From the NCBI GenBank assembly GCA_050749285.1, contig JBOGQX010000062.1:1-40000 (forward strand): 40,000 bases of DNA. Direction: 5' to 3'. A program made the translations under genes and the position numbers. Positions 35,110 to 40,000 of the stretch are shown one piece after another. The notes under the pieces were generated by a model. That model did no database searches. It was not told where the DNA came from and saw only the letters and a list, made by a program, of their open reading frames with translations. Origin of the DNA: Nitrosotalea sp. Its GTDB lineage: Archaea; Thermoproteota; Nitrososphaeria; Nitrososphaerales; Nitrosopumilaceae. Position 1 is the stretch's first letter; the number at the start of each line of letters is the position of its first letter.

Positions 35110-35790
35110 TTAGTGCTCCTTGGCGAATTTTATAAGCTCGCTTACATCAAAATATGGTATATTATTTTGCTTTGCATAATTTTTTGCTTTTTCAATAGAA
35201 AGGGCTCCATATGTTTGGGAATCCAGCATCTCGCATATGGCTGCTGCTGGTGAAAGCCCAGCAAGGTTTGTCAAGTAAACGGACATCTCTGTATGTCCCA
35301 GTCTATTCGATAAAAGTCCTTCAGATGCAATAAGAACATGAACATGACCTGGAGTCTTGAAATTTGAATTGAAGATTTCTTTCTTGTTTTTATCATGACT
35401 TTTGTAAAGATTTGCTATCTCAGATATTGTTAAAGCTCTGTCCCTGTCTGTAACTCCTGTATATGTATTTTGGTGATTGATTGAAATTGAAAATGATGGT
35501 CTGTCACCATATGGCGCAGTGCCTATAATCATTTTTTTTGATTCTGCATCAACATTATTAGAATTAGCTAGTATATCGTGCATGTAATTTAGATCCAAAC
35601 TTTTTGCAAAGGTGTGGTTTATGGAGAGACATATCAGCCCACCAGCATCCTGTCTCATGCGTGCTATGTGTTCTGGGGTAATGAAATCTGCAGCAACCAC
35701 CATATCAACCTCATTTTCACGCCTATTGCCATCATGAAGTAAAACAAAATCACCACGTCTCAATGCAGAAAGTGCTTCTTCAAGTGACAT
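35110..35790 (-). CDS. ribB: 3,4-dihydroxy-2-butanone-4-phosphate synthase
   Basis: LHDGNRRENEVDMVVAADFITPEHIARMRQDAGGLICLS and RLGHTEMSV are RibB motifs. Confidence 0.9.
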   Translation of the reverse strand: MSLEEALSALRRGDFVLLHDGNRRENEVDMVVAADFITPEHIARMRQDAGGLICLSINHTFAKSLDLNYMHDILANSNNVDAESKKMIIGTAPYGDRPSFSISINHQNTYTGVTDRDRALTISEIANLYKSHDKNKKEIFNSNFKTPGHVHVLIASEGLLSNRLGHTEMSVYLTNLAGLSPAAAICEMLDSQTYGALSIEKAKNYAKQNNIPYFDVSELIKFAKEH

Positions 35791-35862
35791 AAAGAATCAG
35801 CTTGATGTTATTATTATAAATCTTACTACAAAATTAGTTATTACCATAAAAGTAGTAATACA

Positions 35863-36453
35863 TTACTCTTCAGATAAAATATATTTTCCGAGTACATCGG
35901 TTTCAATATTAACTTTATCGCCAATTTTCTTCAATGCTAGATTTGTGATTTTCATGGTATGTGGTATAATTGAAACTGAAAATGTGTTTTTTAATTTATT
36001 AACAACTGTTAAACTAATTCCATCAATTGTTATAGATCCTTTTTGAGTAACATATCTAGAAAGTTCCTTTGGCAATTCTATCCAGATTTTAATTTGATTA
36101 GATTGTTTTTCTAGCTTTGTAATTAGTCCCACACCGTCAACGTGTCCAAGTACAAAGTGTCCCTCGAGACGATCTCCCACCTTAAGGCTACGTTCTATAT
36201 TCACTTTATCACCCAATTCTAATGAACCAAGATTTGTTCTCTTAATTGTTTCACCAACCATTTCAAATTCAGCTATATTCTTTGTCATGCTCACAGCTGT
36301 AAGACACACGCCATTGATTGCAACACTGTCTCCAATTCTAAGCCCCTTTGCAAGTTTTCCTAAACTAACTTTCATCTTTGTGGCGCTACGATTTTTTGTC
36401 TTTTTATCGAATTTTACTATTTTACCTAGTCCTTCAACAATGCCAGTAAACAT
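35863..36453 (-). CDS. ribE: Riboflavin synthase (bacterial-type alpha chain, two lumazine-binding repeats)
   Basis: It has MFTGIVEGLGKI, GDSVAINGVCLTAV and GSITIDGISLTVV. Confidence 0.9.
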   Translation of the reverse strand: MFTGIVEGLGKIVKFDKKTKNRSATKMKVSLGKLAKGLRIGDSVAINGVCLTAVSMTKNIAEFEMVGETIKRTNLGSLELGDKVNIERSLKVGDRLEGHFVLGHVDGVGLITKLEKQSNQIKIWIELPKELSRYVTQKGSITIDGISLTVVNKLKNTFSVSIIPHTMKITNLALKKIGDKVNIETDVLGKYILSEE

Positions 36454-36524
36454 TATTCATCGTGAATTCATTTACTTCAAGATGATTTATTCTGATCGCT
36501 CGATATATTGGAAAGAAATGATAA

Positions 36525-37385
36525 TCATGGGGTCTTAATGGATTCAAGCAATGCCTTTGCTCGCTTAAAGTGTACTTCATCTATCATTTTGCCATCAACC
36601 TTTGTGGCTCCTTTCTTCTTTTGTTTTGCTGTAGTGTATGCCTCAATTACCTTTCTTGCCCATTCGATCTCCCAAGAGGCTGGATAAAATATCTTATGGG
36701 TTATTTGAATCTGATTTGGATAAATTACACTCTTTCCTACATATCCCAAACTTTTTGCCACCAGACAGTCTTGCTCAAGACCGGTTTCATCGTTTAGATC
36801 CTGCCAAATTGCATCTATGGCATACTTACCCGCAGCCCTTGCATCTATAGGAATCTTGGCTCTTGCATATTTTGCTCCTTCTGCTTGTTTTGTGTATTCT
36901 ACTCCCAAGTCATTTAGCAAATCAAAAACTCCAAAAACTAATGCGGGTATCCTCTTGCTGGAGGATGCAATAGCGTAAGTATTCACCACTCCCTCTGCAG
37001 ATTCAATTGATGGTATGAGTTCTTTCTGTGTTAATTTGCGTTTTTTTTCTAGATTGATCATCATCTTTTCTATTTTTTTAATCTCTGCTACATTATTGAC
37101 TTTGGGTATTACGATACCATCAATTCCTTTTTGTAAAATTTCATTCAGGTCATCGTGAATCATACCAGATACTGGTGAATTGGTTCTTACATAAACTTCT
37201 GATCTATATTCTGAACGCTGTCTTAATGCTTTTTTGATGAGGCTTCTAGCTGATTTCTTTTCTTCAAGAGGAACGGAATCCTCAAGATCAAAACATATGA
37301 TATCTGCCGTCAGACTTTTTACCTTCTCTAGAAATCGTTGATTGTTTCCTGGTACAAAGATAAGACTTCTGAAGAGTCTTGCCAT
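36525..37385 (-). CDS. citE: HpcH/HpaI-CitE family lyase (citryl/malyl-CoA lyase-like)
   Basis: LFRSLIFVPGNNQRFLEK...DIICFDLEDSV and IESAEGV are CitE-like motifs. Confidence 0.8.
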   Translation of the reverse strand: MARLFRSLIFVPGNNQRFLEKVKSLTADIICFDLEDSVPLEEKKSARSLIKKALRQRSEYRSEVYVRTNSPVSGMIHDDLNEILQKGIDGIVIPKVNNVAEIKKIEKMMINLEKKRKLTQKELIPSIESAEGVVNTYAIASSSKRIPALVFGVFDLLNDLGVEYTKQAEGAKYARAKIPIDARAAGKYAIDAIWQDLNDETGLEQDCLVAKSLGYVGKSVIYPNQIQITHKIFYPASWEIEWARKVIEAYTTAKQKKKGATKVDGKMIDEVHFKRAKALLESIKTP

Positions 37386-37398
37386 AAAATTGGTGATA

Positions 37399-38448
37399 CT
37401 ATGGTTTCAATAAGATTTTGCCGAAAAGCCCCTTACCTGTCAACATCTTTGTATGTGCTTCTGCAGCATTTTCAAAGCTAAACACAGAATCAATTACAGC
37501 TTTTATCTTCTTTTTGCCCATCCAGAATAAACCTTGTTCAAGCTCTGCCTTTGTGCCTTGCGTTGAGCCCAAAACGTTTGTTCCTTTGAAGAAGATGTGT
37601 CTCAAATCAACTTTTGCATCGTATCCGGTTGTAGCTCCACAAGATACCAATGTTCCACCATATTTTAGCAATGTTAGTTGAGCATTGAAGTGTGTTTGAC
37701 CGATATGATCAAATGAAACATCAAGACCTCCCAATGGTTTTAGAATTTCTCTTACCTGTTTGCTCCAATCCTCTTTTCTATGATCTACAGCATAATCTGC
37801 TCCTAATTCTTTTAGTTTGTCAAGTTTGTCAGGACTTGCGGTTGCAATTACTGTACAGTTGTAGAGCTTTGCGATCTGAATTCCAAAACTTCCAACACCT
37901 GAACCCCCTCCCATAATTAGCACATTTTGTCCCGGTCTAATCTTTGCTCTTCCTACAAGCATATGCCATGCAGTTAATAATGTCATAGAGGCTGCTGCTG
38001 CATCATCAAAGCTAACACCGTCAGGAATCTTTGCCACGTTTACCTCTGGGAGATGAGTGATCTCTGAAAATGCACCCCAAAGCGGACCTGTTTGAAATCC
38101 CCAAATTGTTCTCTTCACACAATCATATTCTCGTCCATCAGTGCATACTTGACACACCCTACACGACATGTTTGAATGAGAGACAACTCTATCGCCTACT
38201 TTGAAATTAGTTACATCTTCGCCAACTGCAATAACTTCACCAGCAGCATCAGAACCAGAAATATGTGGTAGAGGAACTGGTATTGGTACTCCTCTCAGTC
38301 CCCAAATATCATTGTAGTTCAATGCTGCTGCTTTTACTTTAAAGACAACTTCGTTTGGTTTTGGTTTTGGATCATCTACATCTTTTACTTTTAAAATTGA
38401 TTTGTAATCATCATTTGGAGCATATTTTTCATAAACAACTGCTTTCAT
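37399..38448 (-). CDS. Zinc-containing MDR-superfamily oxidoreductase (alcohol dehydrogenase / enoyl-(thio)ester reductase-like)
   Basis: It has GSDAAGEVIAVGEDV, the structural-zinc motif CRVCQVCTDGREYDC and the NAD(P) motif IMGGGSGVGSFGIQ. Confidence 0.8.
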   Translation of the reverse strand: MKAVVYEKYAPNDDYKSILKVKDVDDPKPKPNEVVFKVKAAALNYNDIWGLRGVPIPVPLPHISGSDAAGEVIAVGEDVTNFKVGDRVVSHSNMSCRVCQVCTDGREYDCVKRTIWGFQTGPLWGAFSEITHLPEVNVAKIPDGVSFDDAAAASMTLLTAWHMLVGRAKIRPGQNVLIMGGGSGVGSFGIQIAKLYNCTVIATASPDKLDKLKELGADYAVDHRKEDWSKQVREILKPLGGLDVSFDHIGQTHFNAQLTLLKYGGTLVSCGATTGYDAKVDLRHIFFKGTNVLGSTQGTKAELEQGLFWMGKKKIKAVIDSVFSFENAAEAHTKMLTGKGLFGKILLKP

Positions 38449-38491
38449 AGATAGATCCGCCTATTTTACCCCTAATATATTTTCGCTAGAT

Positions 38492-38770
38492 CTATTTTCT
38501 GTTTATCTTAAAGTCTCGTTTAGGTTGCTGAATAGAAAGTAGAATTTGCTTAAGTTGATCATCTGATATCTGACCGTTTAGACGTCCTTGTGACGCCATT
38601 CCAAGCAAATAATTTTCAACCATTGCAGCAAGATCTGGTTTAACCATTTTTACATTGTTCAATCTTAATCTAGCCTCTGGCGCAAGGAGAGTTCTAAGAG
38701 CTTGTTCTTTTAAGGCTGTAACTTCTGCATCAGTGGGCTTTCCCTCGTCACTTGGATTCTGAGAGCTCAT
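38492..38770 (-). CDS. PDCD5/TFAR19-family dsDNA-binding protein
   Basis: LRTLLAPEARLRLNNVKMVKPDLAAMVENYLLGMASQGRL. It is 92 aa. Confidence 0.8.
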   Translation of the reverse strand: MSSQNPSDEGKPTDAEVTALKEQALRTLLAPEARLRLNNVKMVKPDLAAMVENYLLGMASQGRLNGQISDDQLKQILLSIQQPKRDFKINRK

Positions 38771-38777
38771 GAGACCA

Positions 38778-39230
38778 CTATGAATACTTCTTTAGATTTG
38801 GATTCTTTGTAACTAGTTCGTTCAATATTTCTGTTGAAAGTCTATCGATCTTCTTCATTCCAGTATGGGAGATAGTTCTTCCTTTTCCTTCAACCTTGTC
38901 TAGGTAACCTAGCTTTTCCAAGTTATGAACAGCAGTTCTAATTATTGCTCCGCCTGCATCTCTATGGTGTGCTCCTCCGTATCCCACTGGCTTTGTACCG
39001 CCATACATTGTTCGTAGATCTCGTAAACCGATAGGACCATGAAGGTATATTTTTCTTAAAAGTGATGCACATCTTGTATAGTACCAATCACTTTGTTGTG
39101 GCGGTCTCTGTGCATGAGAACCTGTTTTAACAAATGGAATCCAGCTTGGTTGAATAATTTCTTCATTTTTTAGAATCTCCGATAATTTGTTAATCAGTAA
39201 ATCTGCCGGTACATCATATGCTTTTGCCAT
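38778..39230 (-). CDS. rps19e: 30S ribosomal protein S19e (eS19)
   Basis: It has PSWIPFVKTGSHAQRPPQQSDWYYTRCASLLRKIYLHGPIGL and YGG...HHRDAGGAIIR. Confidence 0.9.
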   Translation of the reverse strand: MAKAYDVPADLLINKLSEILKNEEIIQPSWIPFVKTGSHAQRPPQQSDWYYTRCASLLRKIYLHGPIGLRDLRTMYGGTKPVGYGGAHHRDAGGAIIRTAVHNLEKLGYLDKVEGKGRTISHTGMKKIDRLSTEILNELVTKNPNLKKYS

Positions 39231-39254
39231 GAAATTAAAAATTTAAAGTTCGTC

Positions 39255-39701
39255 TTATAAATCATTGACCTTTGGAATTTTGTTTTTTATGATTTTTCTG
39301 TATGTATGATTACAAAATCCACAGGTTATTCGTATCGATTTAACAGCCGACCTTCCTAATCGAATTCTAGCAGTGAATCCAGGAACGATGAATTTCTTAC
39401 ATTTTTTACAAAAATTCATTCTTAGTTCATAGTGCATTCGAACACGATATTTTGTACTCAACCTTTTCGCAAGACTTGCTTGTCTTTCAGCTAATTCAGG
39501 ATTAGATCTTGCATTTGCTAAAGCATTCTTAATCAGGATTTGCATCCTTTCCGTTACCAGATCTCGTAGTCCTGCTTTCACGTTAATTAAATAACACCTA
39601 CCCTTAAAATACAATCTTGCTTTCACTTGTATTAGCGGAATCCGCTTTGGAGTTGATACCTCCAGAACTTCAAAACCATAACTCTGTTCTTGCATCGTCA
39701 A
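39255..39701 (-). CDS. rnp4: RNase P protein component 4 (Rpp21/Rnp4 family)
   Basis: It has ERMQILIKNALANARSNPELAERQASLAKRLSTKYRVRM and the zinc ribbon CKKCKKFIVPG...ITCGFCNH. The track start at 39701 overlaps the nep1 N-terminus on the other strand. GTG 39581 (108 aa) is the more likely start. Confidence 0.75.
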   Translation of the reverse strand: MTMQEQSYGFEVLEVSTPKRIPLIQVKARLYFKGRCYLINVKAGLRDLVTERMQILIKNALANARSNPELAERQASLAKRLSTKYRVRMHYELRMNFCKKCKKFIVPGFTARIRLGRSAVKSIRITCGFCNHTYRKIIKNKIPKVNDL

Positions 39702-40000
39702 GGAGATTTAACAAAAAACCATCGGAGATTCTACTTGATGTATCTTGGCATTTTGCAGCAATGAAGGGAATTGAAGATGAGATTAAGAGGGGAAGGCCTG
39801 ATTTGATACATTTTTGTCTTCTTGAGGCATGTAGTATACCTCTCTATTTTGAAAATAAGATTAGAGTTTTTGTACATACTATCGATAACAGGATCATATT
39901 CGTAGGCAAAGGTGTTAGACTACCAAAGTCATATCATAGGTTTTTAGGTCTGATCGAAAAATTGTATTCAACAGGCAAGATTGAAGAAAATAACAAGAAG
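39617..40000 (+). CDS. nep1: rRNA small-subunit pseudouridine methyltransferase Nep1 (Emg1), N-terminal part; runs off the window end
   Basis: Absent from the ORF track because it is truncated. My translation from TTG 39617 reads (M)LSLVLAESALELIPPEL...EILLDVSWHFAAMKGIEDEIKRGRPDLIHFCLLEACSIPLYFENKIRVFVHTIDNRIIFVGKGVRLPKSYHRFLGLIEKL, which carries the classic Nep1 motifs. There is an in-frame TAA at 39605-39607. Confidence 0.75.
   Translation, partial: MLSLVLAESALELIPPELQNHNSVLASSRRFNKKPSEILLDVSWHFAAMKGIEDEIKRGRPDLIHFCLLEACSIPLYFENKIRVFVHTIDNRIIFVGKGVRLPKSYHRFLGLIEKLYSTGKIEENNKK

Noticed and set aside
1-40000. CRISPR array or further cas genes associated with the Cas1 gene
   Set aside because: I found no series of regularly spaced 24-40-nt direct repeats anywhere in the window. 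I also found no Cas2, Cas4 or effector-like ORFs. Cas1 is therefore interpreted as a casposase.

Overview
This is an AT-rich archaeal chromosome segment. Archaeal markers include a thermosome, r-proteins L44e/S27e/S19e, TFE, NAC, aTrm56, Nep1 and RNase P Rpp21. Gene content and compact, apparently leaderless gene starts fit a Nitrosopumilus-type ammonia-oxidising thaumarchaeon, but that is inference only. From about 12.3 kb to 40 kb the window holds ordinary, tightly packed housekeeping genes. These include a late cobamide cluster (cobY-cobS-cbiB-cobQ N-domain-cobD), a complete riboflavin operon (ribE-ribB-ribH-arfA-amidohydrolase-reductase), asd, Lrp/AsnC, heme O synthase, UbiD, PhoU, HflX, a CitE-like lyase and an MDR reductase. 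From about 1.6 kb to 11.9 kb lies an accessory island that I read as a casposon, a Cas1-dependent self-synthesising transposon. It has a solo Cas1 (9991..11124) in an overlapping operon with two HNH nucleases, and a short protein-primed-type family B DNA polymerase (2665..4542). There is no Cas2, no other cas gene and no CRISPR array in the window. The most interesting content is the roughly 5 kb of cargo between polymerase and Cas1. (i) A tight four-gene operon (7284 down to 4640, minus strand) encodes an unknown 197-aa protein, a 78-aa beta-grasp/ubiquitin-like protein, a cysteine-less E2/UBC-like protein and a JAB(JAMM)-E1(ThiF) fusion. This looks like a compact prokaryotic ubiquitin-like conjugation or deconjugation module of the kind recently tied to antiviral defence in bacteria. 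(ii) A small RHH regulator. (iii) A SAMHD1/COG1078-type HD dNTP triphosphohydrolase. Next to the tentative left end is a striking ~440-bp non-coding array of GCGC-containing iterons, which is very atypical for this genome. Element termini are only tentatively placed. All functional calls rest on motif recognition by eye; no database search was possible.
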